From the NCBI RefSeq assembly GCF_000299365.1, contig NC_018655.1, positions 960,001 through 992,000 on the forward strand: a stretch of 32,000 nt of DNA. Reading direction: 5' to 3'. Under the pieces are notes generated by a model. It was given only the letters and a program-made list of their open reading frames with translations, searched no databases and was not told the DNA's origin. This DNA is from Candidatus Nitrosopumilus koreensis AR1. GTDB taxonomy: Archaea > Thermoproteota > Nitrososphaeria > Nitrososphaerales > Nitrosopumilaceae. Of the stretch, positions 1 through 8,966 are shown piece after piece; position 1 is the stretch's first letter; the number at the start of each line of letters is the position of its first letter. A program made the position numbers and the translations under genes.

Positions 1-50
1 CTTGTCCTTGTTACGTTTGAACAAACCCATATTTTGTTAAAATTTTGAAA

Positions 51-60
51 TACATTATAA
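51..60 (+). promoter_or_regulatory. candidate TATA-like element upstream of the first CDS
   Basis: ACATTATAAA-like AT-rich element about 25-34 nt upstream of the ATG at 85, compatible with an archaeal TATA box and a short or leaderless transcript. Weak evidence. Confidence 0.3.
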
Positions 61-84
61 AGGATACGTGATTTTGGGAAAAAC

Positions 85-1224
85 ATGACGATAAAAAATA
101 TCACCGTTTTAGGTTCTGGAGTAATGGGACACGGGATTGCACAAGTATCAGCCACTGCAGGATACAATATTGTTCTAAGAGATATCGAGCAAGGATTCTT
201 GGATAAGGCAATGGAGAAAATAAGATGGAGTTTAGATAAATTAGTTTCAAAGGAAAAAATATCTAAAGAAGAGGCTGATGCAATTTTTGGTAGAATCAAA
301 CCAGTTGTGGATTTGAAAGAAGCTGTAAAAGATGCAGAGTTAGTAATAGAAGTAGTGCCAGAGATTATGGATTTGAAGAAAAAAGTCTATGCAGAACTAG
401 ATCAAGTTGCAGCACCAGAAGTCATCTTTGCATCAAACACCAGCACATTGCCAATAACAGAGATTGCAGATACGACATCGAGACCAGACAAATTTATTGG
501 AATTCATTTCTTCAACCCTCCACAATTAATGAAACTAGTAGAAGTAATTCCAGGTGAGAAAACATCTCAAGAAGTTACTGAACTGACCAAAGATTTTGTA
601 AAATCAGTTAACAAACAAGCCGTATTATGCAGAAAAGATGTTCCAGGATTTATCATCAATCGATTATTCATCCCAATGGTTCACGAAGCATGTTATGTAA
701 AAGATAGAACTGGGGCAACTCTTGAAGAGATTGATTCGGCAGTAAAATTCAAGCTAGGATTTCCTATGGGCATCTTTGAATTGGCAGATTTCACAGGCAT
801 GGATGTAATACATAAAGCAACAGTGGAGATGCATTTGAGAGACAAAAAAGTGATCAATCCACACCCATTAGTTGAAAAAATGTTTGATGAAAAAAAGTTA
901 GGTCAAAAATCAGGTGAGGGGTATTACAAATATTCAGATGACAAGTATGAAAGAGTTACACTGTCTGAGGAATTGGCACAAAAATGCAACCCAATTCAAC
1001 TTGTTGCCAACATTCTAAACAACGCAGCATGGCTTGTCACAAATGGAGCAAGTGATATTGAAGAGATTGAAAAAGCAGCACAGTTAGGATTAGGTCTAAA
1101 AAAACCATTATTTGAAACAGCAAAAGAGATAGGCATCAAAAATATTGTAGATGAGCTAAACAAACTTGCCAAAGAACACGGAGAGTTTTACAAACCAGAT
1201 CCGTTGTTAGTGTCCATGCAATAA
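85..1224 (+). CDS. 3-hydroxyacyl-CoA dehydrogenase, probable 3-hydroxybutyryl-CoA dehydrogenase of the thaumarchaeal 3HP/4HB cycle
   Basis: N-terminal Rossmann motif ITVLGSGVMGHGIAQ, NTSTLPI, IGIHFFNPPQLMKLVEV, and C-terminal domain signature DVPGFIINRLFIP. Confidence 0.93.
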   Translation: MTIKNITVLGSGVMGHGIAQVSATAGYNIVLRDIEQGFLDKAMEKIRWSLDKLVSKEKISKEEADAIFGRIKPVVDLKEAVKDAELVIEVVPEIMDLKKKVYAELDQVAAPEVIFASNTSTLPITEIADTTSRPDKFIGIHFFNPPQLMKLVEVIPGEKTSQEVTELTKDFVKSVNKQAVLCRKDVPGFIINRLFIPMVHEACYVKDRTGATLEEIDSAVKFKLGFPMGIFELADFTGMDVIHKATVEMHLRDKKVINPHPLVEKMFDEKKLGQKSGEGYYKYSDDKYERVTLSEELAQKCNPIQLVANILNNAAWLVTNGASDIEEIEKAAQLGLGLKKPLFETAKEIGIKNIVDELNKLAKEHGEFYKPDPLLVSMQ

Positions 1225-1476
1225 TTAATGGATTCCCAGATGTTCTTTTATTTTACCTACATCTTCTCCAATCATTGCAATCTGGCTGCTTAGTGCCCAC
1301 ACAGAATTTCTTGACTGAATGTTTTGATTGTTTAGATATTTTACCAAAGTCATGGTAAATTCAGAATTTTTTGTAGTCTCAAGATAGCAGATGATTTCAT
1401 CTATCATTTGAGGAGGCAACCCCTTGTCTAATTTATCAATGAGTTGTTTGCATTCCTCATCATTTTGAATTACCAT
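1225..1476 (-). CDS. conserved-looking hypothetical protein, 83 aa
   Basis: Intact ORF whose stop directly abuts the stop of the convergent upstream CDS; soluble helical composition. Confidence 0.6.
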   Translation of the reverse strand: MVIQNDEECKQLIDKLDKGLPPQMIDEIICYLETTKNSEFTMTLVKYLNNQNIQSRNSVWALSSQIAMIGEDVGKIKEHLGIH

Positions 1477-1508
1477 TATACAATATACGAACTTTTGATT
1501 AAAGAAGA

Positions 1509-2018
1509 TTATGGGGAGAGTAATTCCAGAATTTTTTGAACTGCTTCTTGAGGAGTATCTGCTCCAACTATTTTGATATTTTCTCGGTGATCAAGATATC
1601 CATCAATGTATGGATCAACTGAGCTATTCAAATTTCTGATTGCAACCATAGGTTTTTTGTGCATGTATGCAGCACAGGTTTCAGACAAAGTTCCAGAACC
1701 ACCACCTACAATTATCACACCATCAGCAGACAATGCATTAAGAAAATCACGAGCAAGTCCCATCCCAGTTGGAATTACAATATCACAGAACTCGTTTGCT
1801 TCTGAAGGATCATTTTGAGGTATAATTCCAACAGTCAAGCCATTTGCATCTTTAGCACCATGAGCTGCAGCAGTCATTACACCACCTAATCCCCCACAAA
1901 TTAAAACAGAACCAGATTTTGCAATTTCTACTCCTACCTCATATGCAATCTTCTCATGGTTAGGCAAGCATCCCTTGGTATTATTGCCAATAACTAAGAT
2001 CTGCCTTTTCTTTACCAT
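1509..2018 (-). CDS. LOG-like / TIGR00725-type protein (putative Rossmann nucleotide-binding lysine decarboxylase-like fold)
   Basis: ICGGLGGVMTAAAHGAKDANGLTVGI...IIVGGGSGTLSE resembles the GGGxxGLMGxxxxG and PGGxGTxxE motifs. The likely start is the internal MVKKRQ at about 2018, not 2108. Confidence 0.8.
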   Translation of the reverse strand: MVKKRQILVIGNNTKGCLPNHEKIAYEVGVEIAKSGSVLICGGLGGVMTAAAHGAKDANGLTVGIIPQNDPSEANEFCDIVIPTGMGLARDFLNALSADGVIIVGGGSGTLSETCAAYMHKKPMVAIRNLNSSVDPYIDGYLDHRENIKIVGADTPQEAVQKILELLSP

Positions 2019-2092
2019 ATTCCAAAATAGAAAAATGGTTTGAAATAGCTTCCGAGAGAAAAGGATATTAGTAAAAAATACTGTTGTATAGC

Positions 2093-2215
2093 ATGGAAAG
2101 ACGTTCAATGCCAGTATGTTTTACTGAAAAACAATACAAAATGATCGAAGAGTATGCTAAGAAAAATGGAATGCTAAATGCAAGCCAAGCTCTTGAGAAG
2201 ATTCTAAGCGAATAA
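2093..2215 (+). CDS. 40-aa small protein, ribbon-helix-helix-like
   Basis: MERRSMPVCFTEKQYKMIEEYAKKNGMLNASQALEKILSE; short strand followed by two predicted helices, as in RHH/CopG-like regulators. Absent from the ORF track, translated by hand. Confidence 0.6.
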   Translation: MERRSMPVCFTEKQYKMIEEYAKKNGMLNASQALEKILSE

Positions 2216-2330
2216 ACGCTTTTTTGTTATTTTTATTTTGCTTACATTTAAGACATAAAATTCCAGTTTGGAATCGATCATGGGTCTAAAGTACCGTATC
2301 ATTAATGGGCGAATTTGATCTAATGAAGTT

Positions 2331-2423
2331 ATGGATAAAACATACAAGTGTTCTAATTGTTCAGAAGAGTTTCCAGTAGAGAAATTAGAGCACCATTTAA
2401 TAGAAAAGCATTTTTGGAATTAA
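2331..2423 (+). CDS. 30-aa single C2H2-type zinc-finger microprotein
   Basis: MDKTYKCSNCSEEFPVEKLEHHLIEKHFWN; C-x2-C-x11-H-x4-H. A paralogue with identical spacing is at 13295..13390. Confidence 0.6.
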   Translation: MDKTYKCSNCSEEFPVEKLEHHLIEKHFWN

Positions 2424-2505
2424 TTTTAGAAACAATAGAATTATAGAAATAGAACTTACATTTTGCTTTACATTTATAGAATAAGCTGTACTATGTAAAT
2501 TTGAA

Positions 2506-2916
2506 ATGGGATTATTTAGCAGAAAACCATCATTTTGTACTATTTGTAATAAAGAACTAACCCACAAACACAAACCAAAAAGAGAGTGGAACATCAAAGG
2601 CCCACTTTGCGGTGATTGTCATTTTGAAAAACAAAAAGAGTACTATGAGGGAAAAGTACGACAACCATGTGCAGAGTGTGGAAAAACTCAAAAAATAACA
2701 GACTTGTGGGAGCCAAGATGGCAATGGGATATGGAAGGACTTCTTTGCAAACCATGTTTTGATAAGAAAGAAGAATCATTTGGAAAAAAGAAAAATTTTT
2801 GCTCGTTGTGTGGTGCAAAGATGGGATTGATCAGATATAATCCAAAAGGAAAATGGAAGATTGACGGTCAGCTTTGCAGGAAGTGCTGGGATGAAAAAAA
2901 GGCAGAGTTTGGATAA
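2506..2916 (+). CDS. protein with three tandem CxxC...CxxC zinc-ribbon-like repeats, 136 aa
   Basis: CTIC..WNIKGPLCGDC / CAEC..WDMEGLLCKPC / CSLC..WKIDGQLCRKC. Confidence 0.85.
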   Translation: MGLFSRKPSFCTICNKELTHKHKPKREWNIKGPLCGDCHFEKQKEYYEGKVRQPCAECGKTQKITDLWEPRWQWDMEGLLCKPCFDKKEESFGKKKNFCSLCGAKMGLIRYNPKGKWKIDGQLCRKCWDEKKAEFG

Positions 2917-2935
2917 CAGTTGGGTTTTTTAAAAA

Positions 2936-3115
2936 ATAAAATGCAGTATTTGTGACAAGAAATTTTCAAAGCAAGAAGAATTGATGAATCACAAACAGAT
3001 TGTTCATGGAAAAGATTTGCAGTATGATTGTAAAGAGTGCGATAAATATTTCTCAAACATGGAAGATATGAGAACTCATTTACAAAGAGAACATAGTTAC
3101 AAAAAAGACAGATAA
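2936..3115 (+). CDS. two-finger C2H2 zinc-finger small protein lacking an obvious ATG/GTG/TTG start at its N-terminus
   Basis: Open frame (ATA)KCSICDKKFSKQEELMNHKQIVHGKDLQYDCKECDKYFSNMEDMRTHLQREHSYKKDR*; both fingers are C-x2-C-x12-H-x4-H. The preceding in-frame stop is at 2930-2932. Confidence 0.6.
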   Translation: MKCSICDKKFSKQEELMNHKQIVHGKDLQYDCKECDKYFSNMEDMRTHLQREHSYKKDR

Positions 3116-3307
3116 CTAAATTGCTTTTACTGTTTTGACTACAGGAGGTCTTGCTTTAACAAATACTCTAAATCCACAAATACATTTGATTTCAGGCAAG
3201 CGAGATAGTTCGCTGTTTGAGACTAGAGTTCCACATCTAAGGCAAGAGTAGTTTACATCAAATGTTTCTACAGTAGATTCTTCTTCGTCAAAGTTTTCTT
3301 CAGCCAT
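3116..3307 (-). CDS. rpoP: DNA-directed RNA polymerase subunit P (RpoP/Rpb12-like)
   Basis: YSCLRCGTLVSNSELSRLPEIKCICGFRVFVKARPPVVKTVKAI zinc-ribbon signature. Located next to rpsJ. Start probably MAEENF at 3307. Confidence 0.85.
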   Translation of the reverse strand: MAEENFDEEESTVETFDVNYSCLRCGTLVSNSELSRLPEIKCICGFRVFVKARPPVVKTVKAI

Positions 3308-3338
3308 GTTTATCATCAAAATTTCTGTAATTTAGAGA

Positions 3339-3647
3339 TTATGTTAGTGAGAGTTCGATGTAGACATCATCAGGAATTTTCAGTCTCATTAATTGTCTAA
3401 TTGCTTTATCGTCAGCGTTGATATTGATAATTCTTCTATGCATTTTCATCTCCCATTTTTCATAGGTTTCAGTTCCACTTCCGCATGGAGATTTTCTAGT
3501 AGCAACATGTAATCTTTTTACAGGAAGTGGTGTTGGACCCTTTACCTTTACACCGGTTTTTTTACCGATACCCATGATTTCCCCACAAACACCATCTAGT
3601 TTAGGTAGACTGGTTGATGTGAGTTTGACACGGGCGGTTTGGGTCAT
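3339..3647 (-). CDS. rpsJ: 30S ribosomal protein S10
   Basis: ARVKLTSTSLPKLDGVCGEI...GPTPLPVKRLHVATRKSPCGSGTETYEKWEMKMHRRIININADDKAIRQLMRLKIPDDVYIELSLT. Confidence 0.97.
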   Translation of the reverse strand: MTQTARVKLTSTSLPKLDGVCGEIMGIGKKTGVKVKGPTPLPVKRLHVATRKSPCGSGTETYEKWEMKMHRRIININADDKAIRQLMRLKIPDDVYIELSLT

Positions 3648-3658
3648 AAAAAATCCGC

Positions 3659-4633
3659 CTATGGTTTGTACTCTTCGGTAATTTCCTTAACGATTCCTGC
3701 TGCGATAGTTGCACCCATATCTCTAAGGGCGAATCTACCCATCTCAGGGAACTCTTGGAATGTTTCAATACAAGTTGGTCTTACCGGTCTGATTTTTACA
3801 ATTGCAGAATCCCCAACTTTGAGGAATTTTGGATTCTCTTCCTCTACTGCACCAGTTGCTGGATTGATCTTTTGTAAGAACTCAGTAACTGTTGCTGCAA
3901 CTTGTGCAGTGTGTGCGTGCATTACTGGAGTGTAACCAGGTGCAATTGCTGTTGGGTGATGAATTACAATGATTTGTGCTTTGAATTCTTTTGCAACTTT
4001 AGGAGGAGCGTCAGGACTTCCCAGAACATCTCCTCTTTTGATATCTTTCTTCTCAACACCTCTAAGGTTGAAACCAATGTTATCACCTGCTTCTGCAGAT
4101 GGCATCTCTTGGTGGTGAGTCTCAATAGATTTGATTTCGCCAGGAGCACCAGAAGGCATTACAACAATTTTGTCGCCTGCTTTCATAGTTCCTGTCTCAA
4201 CTCTACCTACTGGAACAGTACCAACGCCAGTGATGGTATAAACATCTTGGATTGGCACACGTAGTGGTTTTCCAACTGGTTTTTCTGCTACAGTAAAGTC
4301 ATCAAATGCTTCAAGTAGTGTTTTGCCATTGTACCATGGCATGTTCTCGGATTTTTTAACCAAGTTGTCGCCTTTCCATCCAGAAACTGGAATGAATGGT
4401 ACGTTTTCTAGTTTGTAACCTACAGATTTAACTAATTTTTCGCCCTTCTCTTTGGCTAGTTTGAATGCTTCTTCAGAATAGTTGCTATCATCCATCTTGT
4501 TGATTGCAACAATTAGTTGGTTTACACCTAAAGTCTTGAGCAAGAATGCGTGTTCTCTTGCTTGACCACCTGCAGCAATTGCAGTATCGGTTTCACCTTC
4601 TTTTGCTGAAAGTACTAAGACTGCTGCGACTGC
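3659..4633 (-). pseudogene. tuf: 5'-truncated translation elongation factor 1-alpha; N-terminal GTPase P-loop, switch I and DxPGH region absent
   Basis: AAVLVLSAKEGETDTAIAAGGQAREHAFLLKTLGVNQLIVAINKMDDSNY...domains II and III...VKEITEEYKP. In-frame sequence upstream of about 4627 loses EF-1alpha homology and meets a stop at 4694-4696. The track start at 4543 is an internal TTG. Confidence 0.85.
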
Positions 4634-4745
4634 GTGTCTGAGGGCATTTATTACTGTTATGAATTTTTGAAAAAAAATCTAAAATTTTTCAATTAATTTC
4701 AGATCAGAAGACTTTGCTAAAAGCACATAAATCAAAGGGACAAAA

Positions 4746-5891
4746 ATGGAAAATATGAAAATTACAGTTTCAGTTATCAAAGCCGATGTCGGCGGGATCG
4801 GAGGACATACAAAACCTAGTGACGGATTATTAGACGCAATTAAAAATACCGTCAAAAATTCAGCAGATTTGCTTATTGATTATTACATAGGATATTGCGG
4901 AGATGACACACATATTGTAATGTCCCATACTCATGGAGTAGACAATCAACAGATTCACAAATTAGCATGGGATGCATTCATGGCAGGAACTCAAGTCGCA
5001 AAAGAAGAGGGACTGTATGGTGCAGGACAAGATTTACTCAAAGACTCTTTTTCAGGAAATGTGAAAGGAATGGGTCCAGGAGTCGCAGAGATGGAATTTG
5101 AAGAAAGACCAAACGAGGCATTTACAGTGTTTGCAGCTGATAAGACAGAACCAGGAGCATTTAACTATCCAATCTACAGAATGTTTGTTGACGCATTAAG
5201 CAACACAGGATTAATTGTAAACAAGAATCTTGCAGAAGGAGTTAAAATCAACATCATGGATGTTGAAAAAGCTCAGATTGCAGAATTAGAATTATGGCAA
5301 GACAAACCAACAATTGAAGCTGCATTAATGTATCCAGGAAGATATGTCGTAGATTCAGTCACTACAAAAGATGGGGAGCCAATTCTAGCTGCATCAACTG
5401 ATAGATTACATAACATTGCAGGAACATATGTTGGAAAAGACGATCCAATCTGTGTCGTTAGAACACAAAAAAGATTCCCAGCAACTGAAGAAGTGGGCAG
5501 TGTCTTTAACAATCCGCACTTTGTTGCAGGAAACACAAGGGGAAGTCACAACATGCCCTTAATGCCTGTAAAACTAAACTCAGCTGCAACAATCAACTTT
5601 TGCATTCCAATAGTCGAATCACTTGTGTTTAGCATGCACAATGGAAAGTTTACTGGTCCATTTGACGGGTTCTCAACCCCAGACTGGGATCTAATTAGAG
5701 AAAGAGCCACAGAAAAAGCAATGGCAATCAGGAGTCAAGGATTCATACATCCAGCAACACTTGTTCCATCCGAGTTAGAATATGCTGAAGGATATAGAGC
5801 AAGAATGGATGTTCTTGAAAGTAAAATGAAGCCAATGGAAGGAACCACATCTAGTGGCGAGAAGAAAGAGAATTACGAAGATCCAGACTAG
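4746..5891 (+). CDS. fbp: bifunctional fructose-1,6-bisphosphate aldolase/phosphatase (archaeal class V)
   Basis: KITVSVIKADVGGIGGHTKPS, YYIGYCGDDTHIVMSHTHG, GAFNYPIYRMFVDALSNTGL, GSHNMPLMPVKLNSAATINFC. Confidence 0.96.
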   Translation: MENMKITVSVIKADVGGIGGHTKPSDGLLDAIKNTVKNSADLLIDYYIGYCGDDTHIVMSHTHGVDNQQIHKLAWDAFMAGTQVAKEEGLYGAGQDLLKDSFSGNVKGMGPGVAEMEFEERPNEAFTVFAADKTEPGAFNYPIYRMFVDALSNTGLIVNKNLAEGVKINIMDVEKAQIAELELWQDKPTIEAALMYPGRYVVDSVTTKDGEPILAASTDRLHNIAGTYVGKDDPICVVRTQKRFPATEEVGSVFNNPHFVAGNTRGSHNMPLMPVKLNSAATINFCIPIVESLVFSMHNGKFTGPFDGFSTPDWDLIRERATEKAMAIRSQGFIHPATLVPSELEYAEGYRARMDVLESKMKPMEGTTSSGEKKENYEDPD

Positions 5892-5956
5892 TTACCACAT
5901 CTGCAAATCATAAGAAATAGTTAAATCAAAAAAGACACTATCAAACTTAGGGTAAA

Positions 5957-6364
5957 ATGGATTTTCAAAAGATTTTTGATTGGAAGACATACATATTCAC
6001 AGCAATAGCTGTTATTTCATTTTCAAATTTCATGGCAGTCCTATTTGGTCAAACCATACCAGGGGTAATTTTGGACTTTTTCAAAGTTGCAGGAGAATAC
6101 GTGGTATTAGGAGCAGTCTTTGTGTTTGCACTTGCATGGCTTCTAAAGGCAAAACCTCACAACCGTCCAAAACAATATTCAGTGATTCCATTTGACGTAT
6201 TTGGAAAGAAGAGCCAGATTGATGGGTTAAGAACAGAGTTCAAAACACATGATGTAGCATGGAGTTTTATGAAACAATACAAAAAATCATATCCATTATA
6301 CAATTTTGCGCTCGTATCTGATCTTCCAAAGTCAGACAAGCCAACAATTTTCAGATACATCTAG
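5957..6364 (+). CDS. small membrane protein of unknown function, 135 aa
   Basis: ATG start; two hydrophobic helices (YIFTAIAVISFSNFMAVLF and VVLGAVFVFALAWLL). Confidence 0.75.
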   Translation: MDFQKIFDWKTYIFTAIAVISFSNFMAVLFGQTIPGVILDFFKVAGEYVVLGAVFVFALAWLLKAKPHNRPKQYSVIPFDVFGKKSQIDGLRTEFKTHDVAWSFMKQYKKSYPLYNFALVSDLPKSDKPTIFRYI

Positions 6365-6400
6365 ATTCAATTTTTATTCAACATTACGTAAAGAATTAGA

Positions 6401-8167
6401 ATGGAGTTTTCTGTGTTAGCTGATGCATTTAACAAGATGGAATCAACTAGAAAAAGATTAGAGCTAACTCAGTATCTGGTAGAATTATTTGAAAAGACAC
6501 CACAAGATGTGATTTCAAAGATAGTTTATCTTCTTCAAGGAAAGTTAAGACCAGATTTTGAAGGGATTGAATTAGGGATTGCAGAAAAACTTGCGATACG
6601 AGCAATCTCAAAATCTTCAGGAATTCCTGTTAAAAAAATTGAAGATGAGTACAGGAAAAGCGGAGACTTGGGACATGCTGCAACCATAATACTAGAACAA
6701 AAAACGCAAACAACATTTCTTGTAGAAGACATTACAGTAGAACGAGTTTACGAAACATTATTCAAAATTGCAAAGTCAGAAGGAAACAGATCACAGGACA
6801 TGAAGATGAAATACATTTCTAGTCTACTAAATGATGCAAGTCCGTTAGAAGCAAGTTTCATCCTAAAAATTTTGTTAGGAACACTCAGACTAGGTATTGC
6901 AGAAAATACAGTAATGGATGCATTGGCAATGGCGTTTTCAGGAAACAAAGAAAACAGAAAAGTCCTAGAACATGCATACAATGTTTCTAGCGACTTGGGA
7001 AAAGTCGCAGAGATTTTAGCAAAAGAAGGATTAGAAGAAGTTGAAAAACTCAAGATAATTTTGTTTAATCCAATCAGACCAATGCTTGCAGACAGAGTAA
7101 AGAGCGAACAAGAAGCAATTGAAAAAATGGGAGAATCATTTGCAGCAGAATACAAGTTAGATGGAGAAAGAGTTCAGTTACATGTTGAAGGGGACAAGGT
7201 TGTTTTGTTTTCAAGAAGTCTAGAAAACATTTCAAGTTACTATCCAGACATTATAGAAAAAATTCCAAAAACAATTCAGGCAGAGAACATAATACTAGAA
7301 GCAGAAGCAGTTGCAATCAATGAAAACACGGGAGAGTTTTTACCATTTCAGGAATTAATGCATAGAAGAAGAAAATACAAGATAGAAAAAGCAGTTACCC
7401 AATATCCAATCACAGTTAATCTGTTTGATATTTTGTATTGCAATGGAAAAAGCTGTTTAGAGTTAGCCTACAAAGAAAGAAGAGAAAAACTTGAAAAAGT
7501 TGTGAAAGAAGATGATTTTGTAAAACACATTCCAATGGCAATAGTAAAAAATGAAAATGACATTGAAGACTTTTTTGAAAACAGCATAAACGCTGGAAGT
7601 GAAGGCTTGATGCTAAAGATGCTGGATAAACCATACCAAGCAGGTTCTCGTGGAAGTCATTGGCTAAAACTCAAAAGAGAATATCAAAATGAACTGGGAG
7701 ACAGTTTAGATCTTGTAGTAATAGGAGGTTTCTTTGGAAAAGGAAGAAGAACTGGGAGCTATGGAACTTTGTTGTTAGCAACATATGAGGAAGACGAGGA
7801 TACATTCACAAGTATTTGTAAAGTTGGGACAGGATTTTCAGATGAAGATTTAGATCAATTGTATCAAATCCTAAATCCCAAAGTCACAATCAAGAAAAAC
7901 CCACGCATTGATAGCGAGATGGAAGCTGATGTGTGGTTTGAGCCAGAATTAGTAATAGAAGTAGTTGCATCTGAAATTACACTCAGTCCAATCCACAAAG
8001 CAGCAAGAGACAAAGTCAGAAAAGGTGCAGGACTTGCGTTGAGATTCCCAAAGTTTACTGGAAAGATAAGAGTTGAAAAAATGGCAGAAGACGCATCTAC
8101 AAATGAAGAAGTAATTACGTTATACCAAGGTCAGAAAAAAGTGGCACATGACAAAAGTCTCATGTAA
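6401..8167 (+). CDS. lig: ATP-dependent DNA ligase
   Basis: Motif I EYKLDGERVQLHVEG; NLFDILYCNG; EGLMLKMLDKPYQAGSRGSHWLKLKREY; CKVGTGF. Confidence 0.97.
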   Translation: MEFSVLADAFNKMESTRKRLELTQYLVELFEKTPQDVISKIVYLLQGKLRPDFEGIELGIAEKLAIRAISKSSGIPVKKIEDEYRKSGDLGHAATIILEQKTQTTFLVEDITVERVYETLFKIAKSEGNRSQDMKMKYISSLLNDASPLEASFILKILLGTLRLGIAENTVMDALAMAFSGNKENRKVLEHAYNVSSDLGKVAEILAKEGLEEVEKLKIILFNPIRPMLADRVKSEQEAIEKMGESFAAEYKLDGERVQLHVEGDKVVLFSRSLENISSYYPDIIEKIPKTIQAENIILEAEAVAINENTGEFLPFQELMHRRRKYKIEKAVTQYPITVNLFDILYCNGKSCLELAYKERREKLEKVVKEDDFVKHIPMAIVKNENDIEDFFENSINAGSEGLMLKMLDKPYQAGSRGSHWLKLKREYQNELGDSLDLVVIGGFFGKGRRTGSYGTLLLATYEEDEDTFTSICKVGTGFSDEDLDQLYQILNPKVTIKKNPRIDSEMEADVWFEPELVIEVVASEITLSPIHKAARDKVRKGAGLALRFPKFTGKIRVEKMAEDASTNEEVITLYQGQKKVAHDKSLM

Positions 8168-8233
8168 CCATGCTCAAAAAATATCAAAGATCATAGAGGA
8201 TTTAAATTACCTCAGGAATTGGTAGTTTTTGTT

Positions 8234-8887
8234 ATGTATAGTGGAGAGCTTGAAGTTCAAGCAAAAAGAAAGGCTATCGCAGTTTTACAAGACGAAATCA
8301 ACAGAATTCTTAATGCATCTAGAGAATTAGCAACACTTCCTGAACTGATGATGAAAAAAGACAAGACAGGAATCAAAAACACACTAGAACAGATTTCAAC
8401 AATTGAAGAAGAAGTAGAAAATCTAAGAAGAAAGATCACACGAGAAGTAGCAGATGTTGGAGGTTTGATCATGAACAGAGAAAATCTTCTAAACACAGCA
8501 TACACAATGGATGAGATTGCAGGCTACATTACTGGAATATCATTCAAACTCTCAAACGTAAAACCAACTACACTAAAAAGTTCAAAATTAGACAAAGACT
8601 TGACAAAACTAATTGAATTAGTTGTAGACGAAGTCTACAAACTAAATGAAATCATCAGAAGTCTTAACACAAACACTGCAAATGCAATTGAATTAGCACA
8701 AGAAACACAGACAATTGAAAGAGAAATAGACATCAAATACAGACAAGCAACAATAAAACTTCTAACCGAAGTCACCAACACCAAAGAACTGATGTTAATG
8801 AAAGATGTGATTGAAGGAATTGAAGAGATGGCAGACAAATGCCAAAGAGTATCAGATTCTTTCATTTTGTTAGCATTGAGCCTATAG
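8234..8887 (+). CDS. DUF47/PhoU-like helical protein
   Basis: All-helical protein ending in DVIEGIEEMADKCQRVSDSFILLALSL, typical of DUF47/PhoU-like proteins; start likely MYSGEL at 8234. Confidence 0.7.
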   Translation: MYSGELEVQAKRKAIAVLQDEINRILNASRELATLPELMMKKDKTGIKNTLEQISTIEEEVENLRRKITREVADVGGLIMNRENLLNTAYTMDEIAGYITGISFKLSNVKPTTLKSSKLDKDLTKLIELVVDEVYKLNEIIRSLNTNTANAIELAQETQTIEREIDIKYRQATIKLLTEVTNTKELMLMKDVIEGIEEMADKCQRVSDSFILLALSL

Positions 8888-8966
8888 AAAAACCAAAATC
8901 TACATTTTTACTTTATTTTCCATTCGAATCTAATGAATTCATATACACTAATGTTGTTGGGAAATT

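Noticed and set aside
2397-3056. Minus-strand ORFs 2397..2597, 2594..2818 and 2868..3056
   Set aside because: Opposite to zinc-ribbon or zinc-finger coding frames with clear Cys/His periodicity; no motifs of their own.
3639-4264. Plus-strand ORFs 3639..3935 and 3902..4264 opposite EF-1alpha
   Set aside because: Antisense shadows of a strongly conserved coding frame, with low-complexity Cys/Ser-rich translations and no motifs.
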